DNA of 64,000 nucleotides from a virus: the IMG/VR virus record IMGVR_UViG_3300029906_000002, positions 1-64,000 of that record; one strand, written 5' to 3'. This document shows, piece after piece, positions 51,001 through 60,802 of this stretch; position 1 is the stretch's first letter, and each line of letters opens with the position of its first letter. The position numbers and the translations under genes are program-made. The notes below the pieces were generated by a model. The model searched no databases. It saw nothing but the letters and a program-made list of their open reading frames with translations, and was not told the origin of the DNA.

Positions 51001-52834
51001 ATCCACCTTGCAATCTTCTATCCAAGTTGGCATCTTGATTGGCCCATCTTCTCTTGTTTGCTTCAATCTCTCTTATATCGTCGGGATCAAGTTGTCCGAC
51101 AAGACCTCCGCCGCCTGTTCCTCCAGAATAACCATAATTATACGTGTCGTAGATAAGACCTCCACGTTGATACTTTTTAGTCTTACCTCCGTTCTTTTGA
51201 GAAACTACCTGGTATTCTCCGGTAAGATTGTATTTCTTGTTTATGTAATCAAGCAGGTAATTCTGAAGAGTAGCTCTATCTATCTTTCCAGCATTGTACA
51301 CATCGCTAATAGGAGAGTAATGGATACCTTTATCGTCAGCATAGAACACGCCAGTATTGGTTATGCTGCCATCATACGGGTCTATATTAGGATTACCAAA
51401 TAAGCTTGTTTGCTTCAGATCCTCTGGTTTCAATCGTGACAATATAAGATTAAGGAATTGGTCGTTTGTAGTATTGGCATACAAATTCTCGAAGTCGATA
51501 TCAGCTGACCTTAAATGGTCGCCTACTGAACCCCTGTCTTTGCTAAACCAGCTTTCTATGCCTTTATTACCAAATTTGGTGCTTCCCAATCTTGCGTTTC
51601 TCCAATCTTCTACAGATTGGTTCCCACGATTCATGAAGCTATTTACAATACTGGAAAGAATGCCGGAATAATAACCTGCTGGATTTCCATCTTCCGGAAT
51701 AATATATCCGAGAGCAGTACTCCATTTCTTGTCAGCATCAGCATCCATGCCAGATGTACCAATAGTGTAGCCTTGTATGGTAGACGGTTTGTTACCTTGA
51801 TTACCCATCCAACCAAGAACATCATTAAGAAGTGTCTGATATTCTTTTGTGGCATCCATTTGTGCCTGAATCTTACTATTTTGTGTTCTAAGATTTTGAT
51901 TTTCTTGCTGTTGCTTAAGCTTCTGATTTTCCTCTTCCAGCTTCTTTGCTTCTATTTCTTCTTCCGTTAATCCTTCATACTTGTCTTTTTCCTGTTGTGC
52001 AGGAGCATAGCCAAGCAAAGTGCGAATGAGATCAGCATCACGACTATTTAAATCAATATAGTCGCGATTAGCTTCGTAGGATGCCTTATCCTTTAATCCA
52101 GGAATAACCCTGCCAAGCGTATCAATGACGCTCCAGTCTGTCTCAGGGTTATACTTGCCAGATTCTTTGGCTTTGTTGAGGCTATCCAGATAGTTCTGAA
52201 AGAGTTGGCTGGTATATCCGTAACGCTGGTTCTCGTCACGAGAAAGGGCTGCTGATGCCACGCTATCGGCTGTCATGCCACGGCTTTTTAAGTAGCCTGC
52301 AAAGGAAGTGTCATACTTCTCCTTGTCCTTGTCGTCTACCTTACCATCACCATTCGTGTCACCCTCGACAGGTTTAATTTCCTCCTCTTTTGGCTTATAT
52401 CCAGAGTTTTTAAGCACTTCGAGAGCAGCTGCCGCGCCAAGGGCATTGAGCGTATTCTCATCACGTGTGTTGTACGTTCTGGACAGGAAGCGACGTTTGG
52501 TCTTGCCCGTAGTTTGTAACTCTGGCATATTGGATACGAACGTGTTGATACCATCAAGCGAGATTTTGCCTTCAAGCACACCATTAATGAATTGGTTGCG
52601 CTTGGCGATAATCTTCTCGCGTTGCTTCGGTCCACCGAATCCTTTGTACGAGTTGAAGAATTTTGAAGTGAATCCCGTGTCGCGTGACGTGTCAAGGATG
52701 CCTTGTCGGCTCAATTCCATGTCACCGATCTTCAGATAATCAGGGTCTTTCTCCTTGTCGACCACCTTGGTCTTGGTGCCTCCTTCGGCATATTGTACGG
52801 ACTTTCCGCCCTCTCTTAACAGTCTTACTGGCAT
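47993..52834 (-). CDS. Putative virion cargo / membrane-inserting protein with multiple GG motifs
   Basis: 1613 aa; repeated xxGG motifs; Gly/Ala/Thr-rich hydrophobic segment incl. GLDLISLVPFAG. Confidence 0.7.
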   Translation of the reverse strand: MPVRLLREGGKSVQYAEGGTKTKVVDKEKDPDYLKIGDMELSRQGILDTSRDTGFTSKFFNSYKGFGGPKQREKIIAKRNQFINGVLEGKISLDGINTFVSNMPELQTTGKTKRRFLSRTYNTRDENTLNALGAAAALEVLKNSGYKPKEEEIKPVEGDTNGDGKVDDKDKEKYDTSFAGYLKSRGMTADSVASAALSRDENQRYGYTSQLFQNYLDSLNKAKESGKYNPETDWSVIDTLGRVIPGLKDKASYEANRDYIDLNSRDADLIRTLLGYAPAQQEKDKYEGLTEEEIEAKKLEEENQKLKQQQENQNLRTQNSKIQAQMDATKEYQTLLNDVLGWMGNQGNKPSTIQGYTIGTSGMDADADKKWSTALGYIIPEDGNPAGYYSGILSSIVNSFMNRGNQSVEDWRNARLGSTKFGNKGIESWFSKDRGSVGDHLRSADIDFENLYANTTNDQFLNLILSRLKPEDLKQTSLFGNPNIDPYDGSITNTGVFYADDKGIHYSPISDVYNAGKIDRATLQNYLLDYINKKYNLTGEYQVVSQKNGGKTKKYQRGGLIYDTYNYGYSGGTGGGGLVGQLDPDDIREIEANKRRWANQDANLDRRLQGGFANPSSPASAGQVPDSFDFSDATRIAATVANLTSAVTAFTGFSPVSTATGFGGTVANLIADWADKDVSAWDTVRNFGINAGLDLISLVPFAGTATGVAKAVKSVRALLPVISYVAAAYQVPDLIHLAQKAVSDTNRMTSQDWIDLLDGVNMLVGGITAGKNVMRGNRLARESYRSRINAGERTYRIKAEDKNGKKVDVLASPDEWNKIAGAKGLAAKQAAFKEIYGDDFKLDGNPTRIIDHSNEGYDSLRPRDWFTGPRTYNPVDYVSGRPVRGTGGKYGEWLSRFGNRREVVDPLKERGVEITANSIVDREKSWKKAIDRGKNIYSKLGRNKSNTTESQNTSTQNNTPAPQAGTQQSGTTRFVPDKKGWNIYKDQKTNKYYAVNKTKNGNDELEEITDKNLLASLREKDKNGELFKKGGVIPVGRFANGGVIYKYQSGDKTRNTFTADSPLDYKGYNSLWGQTTGLDLLNALKSVDAGGLDWDNSKFINMAKNLQGTYKGAVDVSGNGYDQTDINQHAETGTHQKSYNTNWARGNKAIEDAITKGIITRRGSTGDNTKGGYTDNLHGLMNSLRTWGYAASDVDRKAFESSDIYKQIRDMAARRGMVYKPIESLSGNGKYYYGFEEMPAFDKPKPGSIGKQTPLPQTINPNNVGTPGADPASIETESIGATLDPTDGLGGEGSAKGAGAAGVFLGNMLEPILKTRANNRATRDMVRAIRPNRMTAYRTQTPVENDYFAKRAASNRGAQIMSTADKIARGTADASLGAAAVLQGQSLANQEVAKGDAASRERFYKTRQEAMEHENANTARWTAAANANVAAENNANITKAQLNAQNRINNISGIWGPWMREQKAIGYQMANDRMQADIARSGADMAKELAALRGNMTDEEWNAYLTSPEYAQKAAEIRARYQSANAGRSLFDYVNPIFTAKKGMKIKTSYEVNRKGMDEWSKNFFRNELKAKSDDTKRLIASSSGWMNYMKMLSDNVNQFNRVIKYAPTKRYK

Positions 52835-52848
52835 AGTTCAATCCTTTT

Positions 52849-52893
52849 CAAACAAAAATAGCGGGACATAGGATAAGCTCCGGATGTCCCGCT
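52849..52893 (-). terminator. Terminator-like hairpin after the 91-aa gene
   Basis: AGCGGGACAT / ATGTCCCGCT stem followed by ATTTTTGTTT on the minus strand. Confidence 0.7.
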
Positions 52894-52916
52894 GAAGTAG
52901 TATACAACATGGCAAG

Positions 52917-53192
52917 TTAGCCGATTCTGACCAGTCTTCCGCCTCGTCTTGCAAAAGAAGGTTGAGGGCCTGCCTGCTGCTGTGCGCTTGCTGCGTCGCC
53001 AACGATTTGCAGGAAAGCCGAGCAAACTTGCATCAACGTGTTGCAATCCTGTGCTTGTACGGCTTGCTGCATGGCAGGGATAATCTGGTCGAGCGGATTG
53101 CCGCCACCTTGCGGTTCACCGCCTTGGGGTGCTGCTGCGGGAGCACCACCTTGAGGCATTGCGCCTCCTTCTTGGAATTTTCCGATTTTCAT
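52917..53192 (-). CDS. Small Gln/Ala/Gly-rich virion-associated protein
   Basis: KFQEGG at the N-terminus, FARRGG at the C-terminus. Confidence 0.7.
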   Translation of the reverse strand: MKIGKFQEGGAMPQGGAPAAAPQGGEPQGGGNPLDQIIPAMQQAVQAQDCNTLMQVCSAFLQIVGDAASAQQQAGPQPSFARRGGRLVRIG

Positions 53193-53229
53193 TGTAATCC
53201 AGTTTAATATTAAACATGAGTAAAATAAT

Positions 53230-53844
53230 TCATTCAGGAATGTCTACAGTGTCTATGGGACGTTCGTCCTGCCTATCAAACACATTAAAGATGTACTTGC
53301 CGAGTTGCCTGCAATAAGCATCGTATTTCTTCTTCGAGCGTTTGCGCCAACGATTGCAGAGCTTAGCTTTACGGATGAGCACCCTCGTCTGCTTGCGGGA
53401 TACGATACGCTCTCCACCTTCAATAGTCATCTGCGTATTACCTTGCTCGTCAAGCACGTGCATCTTTTCCGAGAAAGCGTATTTTGTATCATCAAGGTCG
53501 AAGGATACGTCATCATCTTCCTCAATATCCTCATCGGCATTTACTTCAAGCACATACATAGCTGTTTCTTGCATAGGTGTCTCATCGCCAGGCCAGGCAT
53601 CATACACGGCAATGACGGACATGTCCTTGTTGATAAAAGCGACAGTAAGCGGTATCAACGTGTCTTTCATCCAGAAAGAAAGCGGTTGTTCCTTGTTGTA
53701 AACAAACAGCATACCTTCATCAATAGGAAGATCTTCAACACCTTGCAAACCTTTCTTTTGCTCCTCGTCAGTTTCGGCAACCTGTACTTTATAATGCAGT
53801 TCGTCGCCTTCATCGTTCGTTACATATAAGTCTATCGCTTTCAT
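53230..53844 (-). CDS. DUF192-domain protein with C-terminal EGGE module
   Basis: VAETDEEQKKGL...DEGMLF...FWMKDTLIPLTVAFI...YVLEVNA is the DUF192 signature. Confidence 0.8.
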   Translation of the reverse strand: MKAIDLYVTNDEGDELHYKVQVAETDEEQKKGLQGVEDLPIDEGMLFVYNKEQPLSFWMKDTLIPLTVAFINKDMSVIAVYDAWPGDETPMQETAMYVLEVNADEDIEEDDDVSFDLDDTKYAFSEKMHVLDEQGNTQMTIEGGERIVSRKQTRVLIRKAKLCNRWRKRSKKKYDAYCRQLGKYIFNVFDRQDERPIDTVDIPE

Positions 53845-55736
53845 GCTTTTACCTTTTTCATTATTCCAGAATAATCCTTTGTCTTAAACAGTATCTGGTC
53901 GGCAAGAAGCTCACCAGCCTTACGAGCAATCTCGTTGGCTCTGTCATCATCTTCGCATTCGTCATATTCCTTGCGCATCTTTTCGAGCTTATTGGTAAGT
54001 TGCTTAGTAAAGATGATTTCCTCACGCTCAACTTCAGCTTGCTGTTTCATCTCGCCAGCCTTGTTTTTTAGTACAACAGGAATACCCTTGGTAGTCACAT
54101 GCTCCATACCAGACTTGACATCTTCAATATGGTGACGCTCCTTGTGTAAAGCTCCAGAAGGTATAACATTGAATTTACCACCGCCTTTGTGTTTGACAAC
54201 GCCGCTTGATGGACCGGTGAATGATTGTTTAACTACGCCTTTCTTGCGTAATCGTTGACGGCTACCTTTGCCATATTCCCTCTCAAAGGCTTCAATGTAT
54301 TTATCCCAGCCTCCAAACTGTTCCACCTGCCAATCCTCCGGTTCAAAGATTTCCTCGTTGCTCTCATAATACCAATGCCCGCCTTTCTTGTCGTGTGGAA
54401 TAATTGATTCATCCGAGAAGGTAACATGACCAGGTTTCTTGTACTTGTCCGTGAAATGACCGGCACCATATCCATTCTTCTCTTCTTCCTTCAACCAATC
54501 CTCAAATGCCTTATCATCAAGATAGAATCGTTCATAATCGTAGGTGTCAGTCATCTTGCCTTGTTTAGTGAGGATGTCGAAAAAATCCTTCATGCTCATA
54601 CGAGCCTTTGGAACCTTCAAACCGTCTTGAGCGCGAAGGACATTGTTGCCGTACAGATTAGTCAAGTTGTCCAAACCAAGGCTCAAGCTGTTGCTTGTTT
54701 TGCTGGATTCTTTCTGTGACTTATCAATTTGGTTTTTAGTGGCTTTCTTCGTCTGAGAATCCTGTGTCTCGGAATCCTTGCCAATGGTACCTTTTGTACC
54801 ATTCTGTACTTCCATGCGTTCAACGAAGTCAAGCGGCATATCGGTAGCTTTAACCTTGCCCCCATCCTGCATGGCTCGAATCTTACTATGGCATTTACGC
54901 AAGAAATCCCAGTCAATCATCACTCCGCCATTCTTAACATGCAGAGCTTGCACGCCACCTTCGGAATCAATTTGATTGCGAAGAGTAATGGAATTAAGCG
55001 AACCTTGTGCTTTCAATCTGTCTGTTCTTGCATCCTGTCCGATATCAGCTATTGTGTTCAGCTTACGTTGCTTCTCGGCACGTTCTTTTTTAAAACGTCT
55101 TCCGGACCCGAACATTCTTCCGAATCCTGATATATTCTGTCCTTCCAATTCGTAGTTGCCTACATTATAAGATGATCCTACTTCGGCAGTATTTACCTTG
55201 TCTGTAGTCGTGCCTTCGTAATACTTCGAGCCTATCATATTAGCAAGGTCTATAGCTGTTCCTGCGGCAAGACCCCAAGGACCGAGCTTCTTCAATCCAC
55301 CAGAAATCTGGCTGGTTATCTGTCCTGCTTTATCGCTATAATCCGTGCTCTTTCCGAGTATCTTTCCCAAACCAGCCGTAGCGAAATTGGAAGCGGCACC
55401 ATATACGCCTGTAGAAAGGTCTTGAAGCCCAAAAGCCTTTCCTAAGCCAGCACCAACGCCATTGCTTACAACGGAGCCTATGCCTATGTTATTGGCTTGC
55501 GCGGAGCCTCCAAGCAGGTTTGTACCGAAGTTCAATAACGAACCATCCGCTCCGCCCAGTAATCCACCGAGCAAACCGCCCCCTCCACCACCTCCACTAC
55601 CACCAGATAACAGACCGGCAGCACCATTAAGCAAGCCGCCTTGCAATGTAGGATTGTCGTATTGCTGCCCACCTACGTCGAAAGCGGGCAGTAATGGTGC
55701 AGCTGCTGATGAAAATGTCCTTGCTATATCGCCCAT
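53841..55736 (-). CDS. Putative cargo protein with Gly-rich hydrophobic N-terminus
   Basis: Gly/Leu/Ala-rich N-third, GG motifs, C-terminal TKGIPVV...AEVEREEII module. Confidence 0.65.
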   Translation of the reverse strand: MGDIARTFSSAAAPLLPAFDVGGQQYDNPTLQGGLLNGAAGLLSGGSGGGGGGGLLGGLLGGADGSLLNFGTNLLGGSAQANNIGIGSVVSNGVGAGLGKAFGLQDLSTGVYGAASNFATAGLGKILGKSTDYSDKAGQITSQISGGLKKLGPWGLAAGTAIDLANMIGSKYYEGTTTDKVNTAEVGSSYNVGNYELEGQNISGFGRMFGSGRRFKKERAEKQRKLNTIADIGQDARTDRLKAQGSLNSITLRNQIDSEGGVQALHVKNGGVMIDWDFLRKCHSKIRAMQDGGKVKATDMPLDFVERMEVQNGTKGTIGKDSETQDSQTKKATKNQIDKSQKESSKTSNSLSLGLDNLTNLYGNNVLRAQDGLKVPKARMSMKDFFDILTKQGKMTDTYDYERFYLDDKAFEDWLKEEEKNGYGAGHFTDKYKKPGHVTFSDESIIPHDKKGGHWYYESNEEIFEPEDWQVEQFGGWDKYIEAFEREYGKGSRQRLRKKGVVKQSFTGPSSGVVKHKGGGKFNVIPSGALHKERHHIEDVKSGMEHVTTKGIPVVLKNKAGEMKQQAEVEREEIIFTKQLTNKLEKMRKEYDECEDDDRANEIARKAGELLADQILFKTKDYSGIMKKVKA

Positions 55737-55765
55737 AGTTATTTCCTTTTCTTACAAAAATCGGC

Positions 55766-58700
55766 TTATAACCAAGATTCAAAATAGATGGTTTTTATGG
55801 CTTGTATGATTACCATCTTCTCTCCCGTGTATCTGATGCGTATCTTGCAATACTTGTCCCTGATACGAGATTCCTTTCGCCCTGTAGCATCGTTCACATA
55901 GTCGCTTGCCCAGTTGGATAGGTCAAGGTCTGTAGTGCCATAACCAAGATTCCGAAGATCTTTGGGGAAGTCGTTGTTCGTGATATTGGTATTCAGGATA
56001 TCGTTGGGAACAGGTGTGTTGAAGATGGACAATGGCGGCTTCTGAGCGAATCGTTGCACGCCATTCTTGTCTATGTAAGTCTGCAAACCATTGGGCCAGG
56101 TATCTTCATTCTTCTGCGTGAAGTTGATGGATGGAATCTGTACGAACCATTTATCTTCCTGATACCACATGTTGCCTCTCAACCTGCCTGCTGTGAACAT
56201 GTTCGTTCCCTTGATATGCGTCCACATACGATATTCCTGCAACGTGTCGTACTTGGTTATCTCCGTACCAGACAAGTAGACATAATCCTTTTCGGGTGCC
56301 GTAGCCTGCTTGTAATAATCTTCGATATAGTTGAACATATCGTTTCTGGAGTAGTACAGCGGGAACAATGTAGACTTGTCGTTATAGTCCGCCATGATAC
56401 GTTGCTGTGGTATGATGGACGGGAAGTTGTGGTCATACAGGATATCGGAACCGTTATACTGGTAGAGCGACTTGATGGCTTCCTGTCGGAAGTAGATGTT
56501 CTCCTTATCATCATGCCATTCGTAGAAATCACCAGTAACCTCAAAATGGAAGGAATCAGGTTCCGCTGCATTACCAATGATTTGTAGGTTCTCGAATACC
56601 TTGTGCCGCGACGAATCGTCAACAACCACAATCTCTACCTCGAACGGATGCTGCCGTGCGTACCACACACAAGGAACAATCTTGTCCTTGATATCTATGA
56701 TACCTGCCTGTCCGTGCTTCCAGAAATCGGTAGTCAGGAACATCATGTTGTCTTCGGGTATAACAGCTATCGAGTACTCATAGTATCCCGCATCAAGCTC
56801 CTTGTATCCGTTCCAGTTGTTGACATACTGTTGCTTGATATTGTCATCCTCGGCATTGTATTGCAGATCTATGTCGCAACGAACATTAAGCTGATAGACG
56901 ATAGTATCCTTGAAGTTTGGATTGTTTCTATCCAGGAACACACGCCTGCCTGTTGTCTGGTCCATCGTGAAAATGTTGGCAAGCAGAGAATCGTAGGTGA
57001 TTCCATCTTTTAGCTTTAGGATGTACTTATCACCATTCTTCACAATCTCGAACATCTTATAGTACCCGAAGTTGTCCCGTTCAAGCGTATAGGTGTAAGT
57101 GGCGGATATACCCGTCTTAATATCTGGCAGCTGTACGCCTACAATACCAAACTCCCCGATGTTGTTCATGTTCGCCCGCGTGATGGTATTGTTGGTAAGC
57201 GTGATGCCATGGCTAAACGAGTTATCAGCAAGGCACATGCCAAGCTTGGATATCCATTTCGAGGTGTTTCGGTCGAAGCTGAAATAGATATTGTCTATGG
57301 ATGCGGAATAAGACGGTAACCAAGAGTAGAACGAGATGAACGTATCAAGCAGTTCATTGAAGCAGATATTCCATACCTTTTCTTCAAATCCGACTGTATT
57401 GTCGTAGAATGTAAACATGATGTCCTGCTTGTTCTCATTGTAGTGTGTCTTGACATTTCGGATACCTATGATAGGCTCAAGCTCGCGTTCTGTAAGCGAT
57501 ATGCTTTGATTCAAGAACTCCTGTATCTTGAAATCAGAGATAAGCTGCACATTTGTTCCATCTGTACGCCAGATCTTCTTGGCTACCGTATCCACACCAT
57601 AGATATACCTCGGTGTCTTAATAACCGATTCCGCCCACTGCGTGCCATACATGTCGCTAAGCACTTTTGGGTTCATGGGCAACACATTCTGTGTATTGAT
57701 GAACACGCTTCCTCCAGGACCCTGACCTGATTCGGTACGTTCGTTAACAGCAATGAACAAGATGCCATGTTCACATATACAGATGATAGATTCATGGAAC
57801 TCAACGAGCTTGATGATCATGCCGTATGTGCGGGTGTAGTCACGGAAGTTGGTAGCCTGGAACACTCTGAATCCGTTCTTGAATGCATCATTGACATGCA
57901 CATCAGAGTAGGCTATGCGTGTCTGGAACTGGTTCTTGATATAGGGAACATCGGGTACTGCCTGGTTCCACCGCTCACCCAGATTAGCGGACAAACCAGC
58001 GTTATGTACGCCCGATTCGGGTATCTTGAAGCTGCCATCCACGGATATACCGTAGTAAGGATAATAGCCTCTCTTATGACCCGTGAGAGCCTCCTCTTCG
58101 GGATAAGACGGGTCGAGTGAACGGATGTTCAGATTACGGTTAGACACGATCGGGAAGGTTAACCAAATGCCAAGTGGTATGGCATTCACGTCGCCTCGAT
58201 TAATATCCGAGAAGTCGTCGCTATCCAGTTTATAACCGTTTTTCCACGTTTCCTCATCGACTATCTTGCTATTGTTGGGAGCTTCCGGATCCTGGAAGTT
58301 TCGGTTGAATCGGTGGGTAAACAAGCAGATAAAGCTGTCTCCACGATAGATACCGGACAAGTCCTGCATGGACACCTTGTAAGTATTTAGTACACCTCCT
58401 GTCTGCGAGTAGAAGTTCTTCAGTGCATAGCGTTTACTGATGGCATAGTACACTGATTTATCCGCATATCGCGTCTTAATGGAATCGTATGGAGATGCGT
58501 TATAGGCTTCCGATGTTTTGATGTCCACATACGAGCAGGGTCTGTTGTAGCCATCCAAACCCAAGTAGTTGCCGAATATGCCTCGAACGATATTGGTAGC
58601 ATCATCCGTGCGATTGTCACGCTCAAGATATTCAAAGCGATAGGCTTCCTCAGCTTCACCTGCACGTCCCCTCCAGAGCGAGTTACGGATAGATATGACA

Positions 58701-60799
58701 GTAGTATTGTCCGGCACGGTAACCACCTGCGATGTGGTCTTGGAATCCTTGTTATAGTCCGTATTGGTAATGGGTTCCACATACATCTGCCTATTGTTCT
58801 GCGGATCCATAATGAAATGGTTGCCCGTAGGCATGAAAGATGATTCTACCAAATAGAATGAGCTGCCACTGAATATCTGGTTGTAGTATCCCGGCCAACA
58901 ATCATAGTCCGGGCAAATAGCAGCATTGCCCGTAGTTGACATCTCATCGCAGACATATAATCTGCTTACGAAATCCACGTTCAGCTTTCTGTCTTCATCA
59001 AGGAAGCGTTCAGTAATGTGTGATGTTGAAGATTCCCCGAAATCAATGTCACCACGATACTCCTTCAACAACGTGTTATCAACGGGAATAAGGGGAGTGT
59101 AGGATGACTTGTCTGTTGATATGGTTATGGCTTGGCATAGACGAATTGGGATGCGCTTCTTGCGAACGAAGAAGAATCCTTTAATACCAAGTGAAGCGAG
59201 GATGGAAAAGAAAGCTTCATAGTTGGATTCGTACATCCTAAAGTTGATGTAGTAAATCTGATTACTATCATTGTTAGCTCCTTCTGGTTGCACGTCGAAT
59301 GACGATACTCCCCATACGTTCTGCACGTTGCCATAATCGTCTATACTGTATGAATTGTCTGAAGGTTGACTGATAATCTGACCGGTTTCTTCATCATAAG
59401 AGATATATACTCTAACACGCCCGTCAGGATTAGCCTCGTCTTCTTTATAGATGGCTATTGGCGAGAATTGCGAACTTTTTTTCGCGCCTTCAAATACACT
59501 GTCATCCTCGTGATAGATATTTACCGCTCCTAACACAGGAAACACAGGAGACAATGAGTTGTCAGCAAGAATGTAGACAATACCAAAGCTGTAATACTCA
59601 CCACCATTCGCATAGCCCGTGTAGTTGTAGATGAAGTTTGGATCGAAGTATGTGTTGCGATAGTCATCGTAGTAATCCCTATTTGGTATGGTATAGGGTT
59701 TTGTATCCACTATAGGGAAGATGCGAAGAGATAGGTCGGTAAGCTCTTTATATGGTATATCTGGCTTATGCACATTAGCCATGAACAACCTGTTCTGCGC
59801 TACCGTTTGAGCACAAGCGGATGAGGCTATGAAGTACTGCGTGTTAATTTCCTCAACAGGTATCTCTTCTTCGTTACCGAAGCCAGTGATATTGATTTGG
59901 CAAGACAATGACTGGGTGACCTCAAATCGGTCCAGTATGCGATGAGCAGACATGATAGGCTCACTGGATACATCTGAGGTTGTACGTGTGTAATACACGG
60001 TAACAAATGAATATCCTGGGTCAATGTTGCTTATCAGGAAGCGAATAGACTTATACGAATTCTGATCTTGCGTACCGCCCGTGATACTCGACATGGTATC
60101 ACCGATAAACACGCTCACCACACCGGATTCAGCAACGAAATCCGTTTCATTGCCATCATCATCCATGTACTTGAAATAGAACACATAGTTACCCACACGC
60201 ATGTTGCCGCCAGGATAAACACCAATGAAATCAAGGTCTGGTATCTCAACAACACGCTTATATAAAGAGGTATCTATGTCGAATTGCTTACCTTGGTCGT
60301 AGATGTTCACATCATTGTCGCCCTTACGGTCAACAACCTCGTAGGTGTTCTTGCCCAGCGAAGTAAATCTGGAGTTAATAAGGCGAGGTATATTCTTACC
60401 GTCATTCAATATCAGATTCACAGAACCGTCATACGAGTACTGAGGAATGATGTCTACAGGATGATTGATGTCGAATTGAAGCTGAGAGGTATCAAAGTTT
60501 ACCAACGAACCAGCCTCGTATAACAATGGTTGATCATCATCAGGAAGACCAGTCCATTGTGTGCCATCGGTACATTCTATGCCAAATCTTTCCTTAAGCT
60601 CTTCTTGAGTGTATACGTGTCCCTTGTATTCAAATCCAGCCGTTTCAAGACGATAATTCAAAAATGGATTATATTCATAGACAAGATTGCCTTTGGTAGG
60701 AAATACCTTTAGCATCGTCTTGAAATCCATATCGTTAGCAAGTGGCGGTATAAATGTCGGCACTCCTTCATTAAATGGTCTCAATTCTTCGTCTTCCAT
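55766..60799 (-). CDS. Tail stabilisation / muzzle-like protein
   Basis: 1677 aa, beta-rich; YGTQWAESVI..YGVDTVAKKIW, FISFYSWLP and terminal SRIRDKYCKIRIRYTG resemble crAss tail stabilisation proteins. Confidence 0.65.
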   Translation of the reverse strand: MEDEELRPFNEGVPTFIPPLANDMDFKTMLKVFPTKGNLVYEYNPFLNYRLETAGFEYKGHVYTQEELKERFGIECTDGTQWTGLPDDDQPLLYEAGSLVNFDTSQLQFDINHPVDIIPQYSYDGSVNLILNDGKNIPRLINSRFTSLGKNTYEVVDRKGDNDVNIYDQGKQFDIDTSLYKRVVEIPDLDFIGVYPGGNMRVGNYVFYFKYMDDDGNETDFVAESGVVSVFIGDTMSSITGGTQDQNSYKSIRFLISNIDPGYSFVTVYYTRTTSDVSSEPIMSAHRILDRFEVTQSLSCQINITGFGNEEEIPVEEINTQYFIASSACAQTVAQNRLFMANVHKPDIPYKELTDLSLRIFPIVDTKPYTIPNRDYYDDYRNTYFDPNFIYNYTGYANGGEYYSFGIVYILADNSLSPVFPVLGAVNIYHEDDSVFEGAKKSSQFSPIAIYKEDEANPDGRVRVYISYDEETGQIISQPSDNSYSIDDYGNVQNVWGVSSFDVQPEGANNDSNQIYYINFRMYESNYEAFFSILASLGIKGFFFVRKKRIPIRLCQAITISTDKSSYTPLIPVDNTLLKEYRGDIDFGESSTSHITERFLDEDRKLNVDFVSRLYVCDEMSTTGNAAICPDYDCWPGYYNQIFSGSSFYLVESSFMPTGNHFIMDPQNNRQMYVEPITNTDYNKDSKTTSQVVTVPDNTTVISIRNSLWRGRAGEAEEAYRFEYLERDNRTDDATNIVRGIFGNYLGLDGYNRPCSYVDIKTSEAYNASPYDSIKTRYADKSVYYAISKRYALKNFYSQTGGVLNTYKVSMQDLSGIYRGDSFICLFTHRFNRNFQDPEAPNNSKIVDEETWKNGYKLDSDDFSDINRGDVNAIPLGIWLTFPIVSNRNLNIRSLDPSYPEEEALTGHKRGYYPYYGISVDGSFKIPESGVHNAGLSANLGERWNQAVPDVPYIKNQFQTRIAYSDVHVNDAFKNGFRVFQATNFRDYTRTYGMIIKLVEFHESIICICEHGILFIAVNERTESGQGPGGSVFINTQNVLPMNPKVLSDMYGTQWAESVIKTPRYIYGVDTVAKKIWRTDGTNVQLISDFKIQEFLNQSISLTERELEPIIGIRNVKTHYNENKQDIMFTFYDNTVGFEEKVWNICFNELLDTFISFYSWLPSYSASIDNIYFSFDRNTSKWISKLGMCLADNSFSHGITLTNNTITRANMNNIGEFGIVGVQLPDIKTGISATYTYTLERDNFGYYKMFEIVKNGDKYILKLKDGITYDSLLANIFTMDQTTGRRVFLDRNNPNFKDTIVYQLNVRCDIDLQYNAEDDNIKQQYVNNWNGYKELDAGYYEYSIAVIPEDNMMFLTTDFWKHGQAGIIDIKDKIVPCVWYARQHPFEVEIVVVDDSSRHKVFENLQIIGNAAEPDSFHFEVTGDFYEWHDDKENIYFRQEAIKSLYQYNGSDILYDHNFPSIIPQQRIMADYNDKSTLFPLYYSRNDMFNYIEDYYKQATAPEKDYVYLSGTEITKYDTLQEYRMWTHIKGTNMFTAGRLRGNMWYQEDKWFVQIPSINFTQKNEDTWPNGLQTYIDKNGVQRFAQKPPLSIFNTPVPNDILNTNITNNDFPKDLRNLGYGTTDLDLSNWASDYVNDATGRKESRIRDKYCKIRIRYTGEKMVIIQAIKTIYFESWL

Positions 60800-60802
60800 A
60801 GC

